Positions 25,719 to 35,906 of a stretch of DNA of 64,000 bases are shown here, in pieces. How positions within the stretch are numbered: the first letter of the stretch is position 1; every line of letters starts with the position of its first letter. The DNA is from Candidatus Curtissbacteria bacterium RIFCSPHIGHO2_12_FULL_41_17 (GTDB lineage: Bacteria; Patescibacteriota; Microgenomatia; Curtissbacterales; GWA2-41-24). The notes beneath the pieces are model-generated. The model saw only the letters and a list, made by a program, of their open reading frames with translations. It ran no database searches and had not been told where the DNA came from. A program made the translations under genes and the position numbers. Where the stretch lies: assembly GCA_001774945.1 (NCBI GenBank), contig MFBL01000015.1, positions 529 through 64,528 on the forward strand. The letters run 5' to 3'.

Positions 25719-25971
25719 TTTTAATAAGATGACATATGAAAAAGAGGCAAAGTGGTGGGATACCCACGATTTGGGAGACTATTGGGACGAAATGGAGGAT
25801 GTTGAGATAGTGTTCGATCTCAAAAAGCCTCGCGATGAGACTCTTATTGTGCGTCTTCAAAAAGAACTCAAGGATAGACTAGAACGTGTAGCAAGAAGTC
25901 GAGGGTTAAACATGTCCACCCTAGCCCGCATGTGGCTGATTGAGAAACTTCGTCAGACTCAATCCAAATAA
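25690..25971 (+). CDS. brnA: BrnA-like CopG/RHH antitoxin
   Basis: EAKWWDTHDLGDYWDEMEDVEIVF, plus a C-terminal RHH-like segment IVRLQKELKDRLERVARSRGLNMSTLARMWLIEKL. The ATG at 25690 is preceded by AAGGAAG. Confidence 0.7.
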   Translation: MKKKKSKFPDFNKMTYEKEAKWWDTHDLGDYWDEMEDVEIVFDLKKPRDETLIVRLQKELKDRLERVARSRGLNMSTLARMWLIEKLRQTQSK

Positions 25972-26135
25972 GCAGAGCTTGCGGTCCTTGATTAAAGTCT
26001 GTGGGCCTAAAGTTCGAAAATCGTCGTTCGTCTTCGTAGCTTCCAGCGGAGTGGACCCAAACTATAGAAACTACTGATAGGCTAAGAACTTAGTTATTAG
26101 TTATAGGAATTCATTTTCAAAGATAGTATTATTAA

Positions 26136-27239
26136 TTGAATATCCCAGTGAATAAAATACTCCAAATCGGTCCACCCTTTATTATTATCGCCGCACTACT
26201 TTGGAGTCTTGACGGACTTTTAAGAAGAAGCCTTTTTGTGTTACCCCCGGCTCTTATTGTGTTTTGGGAACATGTTTTAGGTGCAGTTATATTAATACCA
26301 TTTGTCCTTTTTTTAGGTCTGAAACTAGGCAAAATGACCAAGAAAGAATGGCTGGCAATTGTTTTTGTAAGCCTTTTCTCTGGAGCCCTCGGAACTATTT
26401 TTTATACGGCGGCTCTTGGTAAAGTTAATTATATCCAGTTTTCGGTTGTAGCTATGCTGCAGCAGCTTCAGCCAATCTGGACCATTACAACCGCAGCTAT
26501 TATCCTAAAAGAAAAATTGACAGGCAATTTTTTAAGGTGGGCAGCATTGGCACTTATTGCTTCTTATTTTGTTACCTTTAGGGATTTAAAAGTTAATCTT
26601 GAAAGCGGCAGCCAAACAATAGTTGCTGCAGGATTTGCTCTTGCGGCTGGGATGATGTGGGGTTCATCAACCGCATTTTCCAAAGTGGTCTTAAAGCAAG
26701 TTTCGTTTATAACGGCCACTTTTTTAAGGTTTATGGCATTGGCACTTATTGCTTCTTATTTTGTTACCTTTAGGGATTTAAAAGTTAATCTTGAAAGCGG
26801 CAGCCAAACAATAGTTGCTGCAGGATTTGCTCTTGCGGCTGGGATGATGTGGGGTTCATCAACCGCATTTTCCAAAGTGGTCTTAAAGCAAGTTTCGTTT
26901 ATAACGGCCACTTTTTTAAGGTTTATGATAGCACCTATATTTGCCCTGCTTTTTTTAGTTGGTTCAAATAAGGGCAGCAGTCTTTTTGCAATCACATTGC
27001 CTCAGGCATTTACACTGCTTGTTATTACTCTCACAACCGGAATGGTTGCTCTTCTTATTTATTATTTTGGCTTAAAAAAAACACCGGCTAGAGTTAGCAC
27101 AATTTTAGAACTTGTCTGGCCTGCTTCGGCAATTTTTATTGACTATGTTTATTTCAAAAAAACTTTATCGACGACTCAGCTGTTGGGGGTTTTTGTATTA
27201 CTTTTTGCAATTTACCAAGTGTCTAAATTCAAAAAGTGA
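26136..27239 (+). CDS. EamA/DMT-family transporter carrying an internal 64-aa tandem duplication
   Basis: Polytopic membrane protein with EamA-like repeats. The segment ALALIASYFVTF...ATFLRFM occurs twice, identically. Confidence 0.8.
   Translation: MNIPVNKILQIGPPFIIIAALLWSLDGLLRRSLFVLPPALIVFWEHVLGAVILIPFVLFLGLKLGKMTKKEWLAIVFVSLFSGALGTIFYTAALGKVNYIQFSVVAMLQQLQPIWTITTAAIILKEKLTGNFLRWAALALIASYFVTFRDLKVNLESGSQTIVAAGFALAAGMMWGSSTAFSKVVLKQVSFITATFLRFMALALIASYFVTFRDLKVNLESGSQTIVAAGFALAAGMMWGSSTAFSKVVLKQVSFITATFLRFMIAPIFALLFLVGSNKGSSLFAITLPQAFTLLVITLTTGMVALLIYYFGLKKTPARVSTILELVWPASAIFIDYVYFKKTLSTTQLLGVFVLLFAIYQVSKFKK
26544..26927 (+). repeat. perfect 2 x 192-bp in-frame tandem duplication inside the DMT gene
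   Basis: 26544-26735 equals 26736-26927 base for base. The junctions share the microhomology TTTTTTAAGGT (26528, 26720, 26912). Confidence 0.9.
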
Positions 27240-27619
27240 TAAATAGGTGGTTTAGGGAGAAAGTAGTAAAAGGAGACGGCTCCGGTAAAAAAATCGGTTT
27301 TCCAACCTTAAACCTTGATAAGCAAAAGCTCGAAGGGAAAATTAAAGAGGGAATTTATGCCTGCTTGGTTCGTTATAAAAAAAAAGTTTATCCAGGTGTT
27401 CTTTTTTATGGCCCCAGATTGGTCAAGCGAGAATCTCATAATGTCTTGGAAATATATGTAATTGATTTCGATAAGAACATATACGGTCGCAAGATTGAGT
27501 ATAAGGTCAAAAATTTTATACGCAAGGTTAAAAACTTTAAGGGCACAAAAGAACTAAGGGAGGAAATTGCCAAAGACGTTGCCAAAACCTTGAAGTTGTT
27601 GACAAATACTAAAGTCTGA
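27236..27619 (+). CDS. riboflavin kinase domain protein (RibF C-terminal-type)
   Basis: GSGKKIGFPTLNL, GIYACLV...YPGVLFYGPR and LEIYVIDFDKNIYGRKIEYKV are the riboflavin-kinase pattern. No FAD synthetase domain is present. Confidence 0.75.
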   Translation: MINRWFREKVVKGDGSGKKIGFPTLNLDKQKLEGKIKEGIYACLVRYKKKVYPGVLFYGPRLVKRESHNVLEIYVIDFDKNIYGRKIEYKVKNFIRKVKNFKGTKELREEIAKDVAKTLKLLTNTKV

Positions 27620-27786
27620 TATAAAATCTAAAAAGATACATCCCTAATAGGGGGTACTTTTTGTACCTTCTTATTTTTGTTGTGTCAAGTTTATATTCCT
27701 GTGGATCATCCCAAGACAAATTAGCATATTCGGTTGCATTCGTATTTTCTTAGGGCCTGATCCTCAAAATTAGAAAGAAAACACCA

Positions 27787-30700
27787 GTGGCAAAACGAAT
27801 TTTTTGGGGCCAGCACAAAAATATCGATTTACCCCATCTTGATTTAGTCCAAGTTCAGAGGGAATCTTTTCAAGATTTTCTTGAGAACGGAATTAAAGAG
27901 ATACTGGAAGAAATTTCGCCAGTTTCTGATTTTACAGAAAAGAATTTCTCCCTCTCATTTGGTCAGTATAGCTTTGGTAAATCCAAATATACTCCAGAGG
28001 AAGCCATTGAAAAAGGAGTAACCTATGATGTTCCTCTAAAAATCCAAGCAGAAGTTGTTAATAAACAAACCGGAGCCAAAAACTCTCAGGAAGTTTTTTT
28101 GTGTGATCTTCCTTTAATGCTTGAAAAGGGCTCTTTTATTATTAATGGAATAGAAAGAGCAGTAGTCAGTCAGCTGGTGCGGGCACCGGGTGCTTATTAT
28201 TCTGCGGAAATTGATCCTTCGACTGGAAAAGTTCTTTACAGTTGTGAGATTAGACCATTGAGAGGTTCCTGGCTCGAATTTGCCATCACAAAAAATGACA
28301 TCATAACCGTTAAAATCGATAGACGCAGAAAATTTCCTGTTACTACTTTCTTGCGAGCAATCGGGTTTTCAGATGATCAATCAATCGAGAGTCTTTTTGC
28401 CTTTGTCACAGATGAAACAGCAAAAGAATTTCTTAAAAATACTTTTAGCAAAGACCCGACAAGCAATCAACAGGAAGCACTATTGGAAATTTATCGAAGG
28501 ATGCGTCCCGGGGATCATGTAATTTTGGATAATGCTAAATCGTTGATTGAAAATATGTTTTTCAATGATCGTAGATATTCCCTTGGAAAAGTAGGCAGAT
28601 ACAAAATTGAAAAGCGTCTCGGTCATATCAAAGGAAAGATAAAGTATGCTAAAGAAGAAACTGCCGCAAGCCAGATTTTAACTCCATCAGATTTTGTTGC
28701 CGCAATCTACTATTTGTTTGAACTAATATCGGGTAAAGGCAGGGTAGATGACATCGACCATTTAGGCAATAGAAGAGTAAGAAGAGTTGGAGAATTAGTA
28801 GCGCAGAATGCTTTTAGAGTCGGAATTTTAAGACTTGAAAGGGTTATCAAAGAAAGAATGAGTTTAACCCCGACTGATACCGTACCTGCGCCTGCATCAC
28901 TTATCAATGCCAGACCAATTATTTCGGCAATCAACGAGTTTTTCCGATCTTCGCAACTCTCCACAATACTAGACCAAACTAATTCTCTTTCGGAACTGGA
29001 CAATTTGAGGCGCTTGACAGTCATGGGCACCGGAGGTATCGCCAGAGAGCGTGCTGCTTTTTCTATTCGCGACATTAATCATTCCCAGTATTCAAGAATC
29101 TGCCCTATTCGCTCACCGGAAGGACCAAATATTGGTTTAGTTACTTATTTGGCACTGTACTGCAAAGTTAATGAATATGGTTTTTTGGAAGCACCTTACA
29201 GAAAAGTAATTCAGGACAAAAACGATAAAGCTAAGGTTTCTGATGAAATCGTCTATCTTGCTGCCGACGATGAAGAAAATTACTACATAACTCATGCTCA
29301 AATTCCCGTAGACGATAAAGGTTATATTTTAGATGAAGTCGTACCTGTCCGGTACATAGGGGAGTTTACAACTGCTCATAAAAGTATGGTTAATTTTATC
29401 GATGTAGTTCCAAGACAGGTCGTTGGAACATCGGCTTCCCTTATACCGTTTTTGGCCCACGATGAAGCAAATCGTGCCCTAATGGGAACCCATATGCAGT
29501 GTCAGGCAGTTCCACTTTTGACACCCGAAGAACCAATTGTCGGTACAGGAATGGAAGAAGTTGTCGGTAATAATTTAAAGGATGTAACTCGGGCTCAAAC
29601 AGAAGGGAAAGTAATTTATGTGGATAGTAAAAAAATCATTATCAAGACTAAAACCAAGGATGGATCGGCTCACGAACTTACAATTCCAATTAATAAATTC
29701 ACTAGGTCCCCTCAAAGCACATGCCATTCACAAAGGCCCAAAGTTTTAACAGGACAGGCTGTTAAAAAGGGGGACATTTTAGTCGATGGTTCATCCACCG
29801 ATGATGGCGAACTAGCTCTTGGTAGAAACTTACTAATTGCTTATATGAGTTTTGACGGACTTGGTTATGAGGACGCAATTGTAATTTCTGACAGATTATT
29901 CAAAGAAGACGTATTAACCTCTATTCATATAGAGGAATACGATACATCTGTTGTTGAGACAAAACTCGGACCGGAAGAAACTACAAGAGATATCCCGAAC
30001 GTATCAGAAGAGGATTTGGCAAGTCTTGATGAAGAGGGAATTGTTGTGGTTGGCGCAGGGGTAGGACCTAATGATATTCTTGTTGGCAAAATTGCCCCAA
30101 AAGGTGAAACAGAACTTAGCGCAGAAGAAAGACTCCTAAGAACCATTTTTGGCGAGAAGGCAAGGGAAGTAAGGGATACATCACTGCGAATGCCTCATGG
30201 TGAAAAAGGCACGGTTATAGATGTAAAAATTTTATCCCGCGACAAGGGAGATGAGTTAGAACATGGAGCGTTGACTAAAATTTTCGTGAAGGTTGCCCAA
30301 GTTAGAAAAGTTGTTGTTGGTGACAAGCTGGCTGGTCGACATGGAAACAAGGGAGTCATTTCTAAAATTGTATCATCTGCCGATATGCCTTATCTTCCGG
30401 ATGGTACTCCTGTTGATATCATAATTAGCCCGCTTTCCGTATTATCACGTATGAATTTGGGGCAGCTCTTGGAAACTCATCTTGGCTGGGCTGCACACAA
30501 ACTTGATTACAAAATCGCCTTACCAGTATTTGAAAGCGGTTCAGAGACTCGAATTGTCGAAGAACTTAAAAAAGCAAACCTTCCGGTTGACGGACGTACT
30601 AACCTTTACGACGGAAGAACCGGATTACCTTTTGATAGACCGATTGTCGTTGGCTACGGTTATATTATGAAGTTAATTCATATGGTCGAAGATAAAACTC

Positions 30701-31146
30701 ATGCTAGATCTACCGGACCATATTCGCTAATTACCCAACAGCCTCTTGGAGGAAAAGCCCAAATGGGTGGGCAAAGACTCGGTGAAATGGAAGTATGGGC
30801 TCTTGAGGCATACGGAGCTGCTTATAGCCTGCAGGAGATGCTAACCATAAAGTCTGACGATGTAATTGGTAGGGCCAAAGCTTTTGAAGCCATTATTAAA
30901 GGAACAGAAATTCCGCAAGCATTAATACCTGAATCATTTAAGGTTTTGGTTAAAGAATTAAACAGTTTAAATCTCAATGTTGCTACAATTGGTGCCAAAA
31001 CGCAAGAGGAGGCAAAAGTTGTTCCCCAAACCGAAGAAGAGGCTCGCGCCGCGCAGGAATTTACTCAGGTAGCGGGAGCGCAGAACATAATCTCACCCGC
31101 CGACATCACCGGACCCAATAGCGCTATTAAGATAGAAAGTCACTAG
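27787..31146 (+). CDS. rpoB: DNA-directed RNA polymerase subunit beta
   Basis: 1119 aa. Contains canonical blocks such as GSFIINGIERAVVSQLVRAPG, DDIDHLGNRRVR, GRHGNKGV and GGQRLGEMEVWALEAYGAA. Confidence 0.97.
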   Translation: MAKRIFWGQHKNIDLPHLDLVQVQRESFQDFLENGIKEILEEISPVSDFTEKNFSLSFGQYSFGKSKYTPEEAIEKGVTYDVPLKIQAEVVNKQTGAKNSQEVFLCDLPLMLEKGSFIINGIERAVVSQLVRAPGAYYSAEIDPSTGKVLYSCEIRPLRGSWLEFAITKNDIITVKIDRRRKFPVTTFLRAIGFSDDQSIESLFAFVTDETAKEFLKNTFSKDPTSNQQEALLEIYRRMRPGDHVILDNAKSLIENMFFNDRRYSLGKVGRYKIEKRLGHIKGKIKYAKEETAASQILTPSDFVAAIYYLFELISGKGRVDDIDHLGNRRVRRVGELVAQNAFRVGILRLERVIKERMSLTPTDTVPAPASLINARPIISAINEFFRSSQLSTILDQTNSLSELDNLRRLTVMGTGGIARERAAFSIRDINHSQYSRICPIRSPEGPNIGLVTYLALYCKVNEYGFLEAPYRKVIQDKNDKAKVSDEIVYLAADDEENYYITHAQIPVDDKGYILDEVVPVRYIGEFTTAHKSMVNFIDVVPRQVVGTSASLIPFLAHDEANRALMGTHMQCQAVPLLTPEEPIVGTGMEEVVGNNLKDVTRAQTEGKVIYVDSKKIIIKTKTKDGSAHELTIPINKFTRSPQSTCHSQRPKVLTGQAVKKGDILVDGSSTDDGELALGRNLLIAYMSFDGLGYEDAIVISDRLFKEDVLTSIHIEEYDTSVVETKLGPEETTRDIPNVSEEDLASLDEEGIVVVGAGVGPNDILVGKIAPKGETELSAEERLLRTIFGEKAREVRDTSLRMPHGEKGTVIDVKILSRDKGDELEHGALTKIFVKVAQVRKVVVGDKLAGRHGNKGVISKIVSSADMPYLPDGTPVDIIISPLSVLSRMNLGQLLETHLGWAAHKLDYKIALPVFESGSETRIVEELKKANLPVDGRTNLYDGRTGLPFDRPIVVGYGYIMKLIHMVEDKTHARSTGPYSLITQQPLGGKAQMGGQRLGEMEVWALEAYGAAYSLQEMLTIKSDDVIGRAKAFEAIIKGTEIPQALIPESFKVLVKELNSLNLNVATIGAKTQEEAKVVPQTEEEARAAQEFTQVAGAQNIISPADITGPNSAIKIESH

Positions 31147-31149
31147 CCA

Positions 31150-34100
31150 ATGAACGAGCTAATCGATTTTGAATCATTAAAACTGTCGCTTGCTTCACCG
31201 GATGATGTGAAAACCTGGTCATTTGGCGAAGTTACTAAACCTGAAACAATCAATTATAGAACTCTCAAACCGGAAAAGGATGGTCTTTTTGATGAAAGAA
31301 TTTTCGGCCCGACCAAAGATTGGGAATGTTACTGTGGTAAATATAAAAGGATTAGATATCGTGGAATAATTTGTGACAAGTGTGGAGTTGAGGTTACGCA
31401 ATCAAGAGTTCGAAGAGAAAGAATGGGGCATATAACACTTGCTGCTCCAGTAGTCCACAACTGGTTTTTTAAAGGTAGTCCCTCAAAATTGGGACTTCTT
31501 TTAGAAATTTCTCCAAGAAATTTAGATGCTGTTGTTTATTTTGCTTCATATTTAGTAATTGATGTTGATGAGGATAAAAGAAAGCAGGTCGTAAAAAAAC
31601 TCGAAGAAGAGCAAGACAGAAAGAGAAAAGAACAACAAAATATTTTAAAAAGAAAACTTGAAGATGAAGAAAAAGGAGCAAAAAAAGAAGTTGCGGCCAT
31701 TAAATCAAAAGGAAAAGTAAAAGAACATGCCGATCTTAAAATAGAAGAAATCCAACTTACAATGCGTGCTCGACAGGCAAAGATGCGCGAAGAACATGCC
31801 GTTGAAGTTTCTAGACTTGAAGAAATCTACAAGAACATTACAGATATGGTGGCCGCAATTAAGGTAAGAGATCTTTTATCCGAAGAGGAATATTTTAAGC
31901 TTATCGACTATGATGCTGCCGATTTTATAAAAGTTGGAATGGGAGCAGAAGCACTTATGCAAGTTTTGGAGAAAATTGATCTGGCGAAGTTGGCAGTTTC
32001 ACTTAGAGAGGAAATTACCAAAACGACGGGCCAAAGGCACCTGAAAGCGACAAGGAAACTGCGGGTTGTCGAAAGTATGCGCAAGGCCACGATCAGTCCC
32101 AATTGGATGATAATCAGGATATTGCCTGTTTTACCGCCAGATTTAAGACCAATGGTTCAGCTTTCGGGCGGCAGGTTTGCGACCTCAGATTTAAATGATC
32201 TTTACAGAAGGGTGATTAACAGAAATAACAGGTTAAAAAAATTAATTGAATTGGGTGCGCCTGAGATTATTTTAAGGAATGAAAAAAGAATGCTTCAGGA
32301 GTCTGTTGACGCGCTAATTGATTCACAAAGAGTTAAATCAACAAGAGCATCGCAAGAACTGCGGTCACTTTCCGATATGCTTAGAGGTAAACAGGGTAGG
32401 TTTAGACAGAATTTACTTGGAAAACGTGTCGATTATTCTGGAAGATCGGTAATTGTGGTCGGGCCTGAATTAAATTTGAATCAAGCTGGAATCCCCAAGG
32501 AAATGGCCCTGGAGATGTTCAAACCCTTCGTTCTAAGAGAGGTTATAGCCAGAGGATATGCCCCTAACGTGAAAAGCGCTAAACATTTTTTGGAAAGAAG
32601 GAGCGGCGAGGTTTGGGATATTTTAGAAGAAATAACCAAAGGACACCCTATCCTTTTAAACAGGGCTCCAACGCTTCATCGGCTGGGAATTCAAGCTTTC
32701 TACCCGATTCTTATTGAGGGAGATGCTATCAGAATTCATCCGTGCATATGCGCCGGCTTCAACGCGGATTTTGATGGAGATCAGATGGCTGTTCACGTCC
32801 CCCTTTCGGTTAAGGCACAAGAGGAAGCTATTGGTCTTATGATGTCAGCCAGGAATTTACTGCGACCAGCAGACGGTTCTCCAATTACTTTACCAAACAA
32901 AGAAATGGCTTTAGGTATTTATTATTTAACATCCCCTGATCCTAACATCTCGCCTCACGAAGGCATTTTTAAAAGCGAGGATGAAGTGCTGCTTGCCCTA
33001 AAATCCGGCAAGATTTCACAAAGACAGCAGACAAAAGTGATAGTTGGAAAACAAGTAATGGAAACAACCCCCGGCAGAGTTCTATTTAATATCCAAATCC
33101 CCCTTTCAATGCGTTTTATCAATGAGACAATCTCAGCTTCAATTATAAAAAGAATAATATCGAAAGCTATTGATGAAATTGCCGAAGAGCAAGTTGTAGA
33201 GCTGATAGATAGACTAAAAAGCCTTGGGTTTGATGGAGCAACCGCATCGGGTCTTTCAGTTTCGGTTTTTGATTGTGTAATTGTTGATAACAAGCCTCAA
33301 ATTATCCAAAGAGCGGAAAAAGAAGTTGCTCAAATTGAGAAAAATTTTAGTATGGGCCTTATAACAAAAGAAGAATCTAAACGCCTTTCACAGGAAATAT
33401 GGCTTTCAACGACCAATGAACTTGCTGATTTAACTTGGAAAAATTTACCTAAAGATAATTCGATCAAAATTATTTCCGATTCTGGCGGGTCTAGGGCGAC
33501 TGCCGAGCAAATTAAACAGCTTGCGGCAATTAGAGGTCTTGTGACCGATCCTTCGGGGAGAATCGTATCTCTTCCAATTAAATCCAACTTTAGAGAAGGA
33601 CTTTCTGCGTTTGAGTATTTCACCAGTGCCAGAGGAGCAAGAAAAGGTTTGGCAGATCGGGCAATAAAAACTGCCGAATCCGGATATTTGACAAGACGTC
33701 TGGTTGATGTAGCTCATGATGCCATTATAAGAACCGAAGATTGCGAAACGAAAGAAGGAATCGTTATCGCTAAGGAAGACAAGCGACAAGCGGCATTTAT
33801 CATGCGGATTCAGGGGCGGGTGACAACGGAAGACATAACTGCGCAAAAAAGCAAAAAGCAAATAGTTAAAAAAAATACAATAATCACAGAGGAAATTGCC
33901 CGTGAAATAGAAAAAAACGCAATTGTCCAAGTAAAAGTAAGGAGTGTTCTTGCATGTGAGGCTAAATACGGACTCTGCAGTATGTGCTACGGAGTCGACT
34001 TAGTTACCAGGAAGTTGGTAACAGTTGGAACACCGGCTGGAGTGATTGCAGCCCAGTCAATCGGAGAGCCGGGAACACAGCTTACAATGAGGACATTTCA

Positions 34101-34833
34101 CACAGGCGGAATTGTCGGATTAGATATTACCCAAGGTCTGCCGAGGGTAGAGGAACTTTTTGAAGCGCGTACCCCTAAATTTTCAGCTCAAATCACAGAA
34201 ATTGCCGGCAAGGTTAAAATTGAAGAAACGTCAGATGGTAGTGTCGTCAAAGTTAAAAATGCAAACCTTAAACCGCTGGTCGAAAAGGAGTATCTTATTC
34301 CACCTACTTCTGAATTGAAGGTAACAGATGGACAACTTATCGCTGCGGGAGCGCCGCTTTCTGCAGGCTATCTTGATATTAAAGAGATTCTAGCTGTTTC
34401 CGGACTAAGAGAAGCCCAAAAATACCTTATAAGTGAGGCTCAGGAAGTATATGAAACTCAAGGTGTAGCCATTAATGACAAGCATTTTGAGGTTATAGCC
34501 AGAAAAATGAGCGAAAAAGTACGAGTAGAATCATCCGGCGATACAGTTCTATTACCAGGTGAGCTTATAGACAGAAACAGGTTTACGGAAGAGAATGCCA
34601 AGGTTTTAGCCGAAGGAGGAGAACCGGCAACAGCCCAAGTAATAATTTTGGGAATCACCAAGGCCGCACTTTATACCGAAAGTTTCTTATCGGCAGCCTC
34701 ATTTCAAGAAACCACTAGGGTTTTGACTGACGCAGCGATTGAGGGTAAAGTAGACAGGTTGTTAGGATTAAAGGAAAATGTCATAATTGGACGCCTAATT
34801 CCAACTAGTCCTGAAAGAGCAAGGATACAATAG
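31150..34833 (+). CDS. rpoC: DNA-directed RNA polymerase subunit beta'
   Basis: 1227 aa. Zinc motif [23 protein letters not shown], the catalytic [14 protein letters not shown], and the trigger-loop/bridge-helix blocks. Confidence 0.97.
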   Translation: MNELIDFESLKLSLASPDDVKTWSFGEVTKPETINYRTLKPEKDGLFDERIFGPTKDWECYCGKYKRIRYRGIICDKCGVEVTQSRVRRERMGHITLAAPVVHNWFFKGSPSKLGLLLEISPRNLDAVVYFASYLVIDVDEDKRKQVVKKLEEEQDRKRKEQQNILKRKLEDEEKGAKKEVAAIKSKGKVKEHADLKIEEIQLTMRARQAKMREEHAVEVSRLEEIYKNITDMVAAIKVRDLLSEEEYFKLIDYDAADFIKVGMGAEALMQVLEKIDLAKLAVSLREEITKTTGQRHLKATRKLRVVESMRKATISPNWMIIRILPVLPPDLRPMVQLSGGRFATSDLNDLYRRVINRNNRLKKLIELGAPEIILRNEKRMLQESVDALIDSQRVKSTRASQELRSLSDMLRGKQGRFRQNLLGKRVDYSGRSVIVVGPELNLNQAGIPKEMALEMFKPFVLREVIARGYAPNVKSAKHFLERRSGEVWDILEEITKGHPILLNRAPTLHRLGIQAFYPILIEGDAIRIHPCICAGFNADFDGDQMAVHVPLSVKAQEEAIGLMMSARNLLRPADGSPITLPNKEMALGIYYLTSPDPNISPHEGIFKSEDEVLLALKSGKISQRQQTKVIVGKQVMETTPGRVLFNIQIPLSMRFINETISASIIKRIISKAIDEIAEEQVVELIDRLKSLGFDGATASGLSVSVFDCVIVDNKPQIIQRAEKEVAQIEKNFSMGLITKEESKRLSQEIWLSTTNELADLTWKNLPKDNSIKIISDSGGSRATAEQIKQLAAIRGLVTDPSGRIVSLPIKSNFREGLSAFEYFTSARGARKGLADRAIKTAESGYLTRRLVDVAHDAIIRTEDCETKEGIVIAKEDKRQAAFIMRIQGRVTTEDITAQKSKKQIVKKNTIITEEIAREIEKNAIVQVKVRSVLACEAKYGLCSMCYGVDLVTRKLVTVGTPAGVIAAQSIGEPGTQLTMRTFHTGGIVGLDITQGLPRVEELFEARTPKFSAQITEIAGKVKIEETSDGSVVKVKNANLKPLVEKEYLIPPTSELKVTDGQLIAAGAPLSAGYLDIKEILAVSGLREAQKYLISEAQEVYETQGVAINDKHFEVIARKMSEKVRVESSGDTVLLPGELIDRNRFTEENAKVLAEGGEPATAQVIILGITKAALYTESFLSAASFQETTRVLTDAAIEGKVDRLLGLKENVIIGRLIPTSPERARIQ

Positions 34834-34861
34834 GCGGACAATTATATCAGAGGAGCGTACT

Positions 34862-35344
34862 ATGCCTACTATTAACCAACTTATCAGAAAAGGCAGAAAA
34901 CCAAAAATTAAAAGAGTGAGGGCCACGGCGCTTAGACGTGCCTTTAATTCTCTTAAAAACCGATACGTATACTATCCGGCAAGCCAGAAAAGAGGGGTGT
35001 GTGTGGTTGTCAAAACCATGACTCCCAAAAAACCTAATTCTGCTCTAAGAAAAGTAGCTAGAGTCCGTCTTTCCAATAAGCAGGAAATTACCGCTTATAT
35101 TCCGGGCATTGGTCATGAACTTGCAGAACACTCAGTTGTTTTAATACGGGGTGGTCGCGTCAGAGATCTGCCCGGAGTAAAATATCATGTTATTCGCGGG
35201 AAATATGATACTACTGGAGTAGTTGGCCGAAAGCAAGCAAGATCGCTGTATGGAACCAAAAAATCAGGTGCGGTTACCGGTGCCCAGGCAGCAGCTACAG
35301 TTGGTGCCACCGCAGCCGCAGCGCAGCCACCACCAGAAACTTAA
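34862..35344 (+). CDS. rpsL: 30S ribosomal protein S12 with Ala/Pro-rich C-terminal tail
   Basis: [51 protein letters not shown]. About 25 extra C-terminal residues ([25 protein letters not shown]). Confidence 0.95.
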   Translation: MPTINQLIRKGRKPKIKRVRATALRRAFNSLKNRYVYYPASQKRGVCVVVKTMTPKKPNSALRKVARVRLSNKQEITAYIPGIGHELAEHSVVLIRGGRVRDLPGVKYHVIRGKYDTTGVVGRKQARSLYGTKKSGAVTGAQAAATVGATAAAAQPPPET

Positions 35345-35352
35345 GTATGAAA

Positions 35353-35405
35353 ACTTATCACTTATCACTCATCACTTATCACTTATCACTGCGACCGAAG
35401 GGAGC
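35353..35405 (+). repeat. heptamer array (ACTTATC x5) plus conserved CGACCGAAGGGAGC box upstream of rpsG
   Basis: Units lie at 35353, 35360, 35367 (ACTCATC), 35374 and 35381. The box at 35392-35405 contains the SD. The same architecture occurs upstream of rpsC. Confidence 0.85.
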
Positions 35406-35408
35406 ATC

Positions 35409-35906
35409 ATGCCCAGAGCAGGAAAGGTAGAAAAAAAACAAATTGCTCCGGATCCCCTTTACCAAAGTTCGCTTGTTGCTAAACTAATCAATAAAGTAAT
35501 GGTCAGCGGCAATAAGTCTCTCGCCCAGAGAGTAGTTTATGATGCGCTCGAAAGTTTAAAATCTGGCGGGCAAGATCCAGTCAAAACCCTAGATAAGGCA
35601 GTTGAGAATATTACGCCAAGAATGGAGGTTAGACCAAGAAGGGTTGGCGGTGCATCTTATATGGTTCCCATGGAAGTCAGGGGATCAAGACGGCTTTCAT
35701 TGGCAATTTCATGGCTGGTTAATGCCGCCAGAAGCAGGAAAGCTTCGGACATTACTCCCAAACCTAAGAATAAGCCCTTAATTATTGCCAAGTTGTCCCA
35801 AGAAATACTGCAAGCATCAGAGAATACCGGCAAGGCAGTCGCCAAAAAAGACGAAATGCACCGCATAGCCGAAGCGAACAAAGCTTTCGCCCATTTCAGA
35901 TGGTAA
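35409..35906 (+). CDS. rpsG: 30S ribosomal protein S7
   Basis: MPRAGKVEKKQIAPDPLYQS.LVAKLINKVM..GNKS and ...ANKAFAHFRW. The ATG at 35409 is preceded by AAGGGAGC. The ORF-track start at 35223 lies inside rpsL. Confidence 0.95.
   Translation: MPRAGKVEKKQIAPDPLYQSSLVAKLINKVMVSGNKSLAQRVVYDALESLKSGGQDPVKTLDKAVENITPRMEVRPRRVGGASYMVPMEVRGSRRLSLAISWLVNAARSRKASDITPKPKNKPLIIAKLSQEILQASENTGKAVAKKDEMHRIAEANKAFAHFRW

Noticed and set aside
35353-35390. Heptamer and 9-mer arrays considered as CRISPR-like arrays
   Set aside because: The units are only 7-9 bp and directly abut one another with no spacers, and no cas genes are nearby. These are micro-tandem repeats, not CRISPR.
35223-35408. ORF-track N-terminal extensions (rpsG from 35223; likewise nusA 2908, ruvX 20814, fusA 37819, tuf 40294, rplC 42477, rplD 43258, rplB 44454, rpsS 45298, rplP 46881, rplX 48086, rplF 49607, rpsD 55200, recA 58833, brnA 25660)
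   Set aside because: In each case the canonical protein N-terminus begins at an internal ATG preceded by a GGAG-type SD. The extension runs through the upstream gene, a repeat array or a leader element. Only the tuf 40294 alternative is kept open as a hypothesis.
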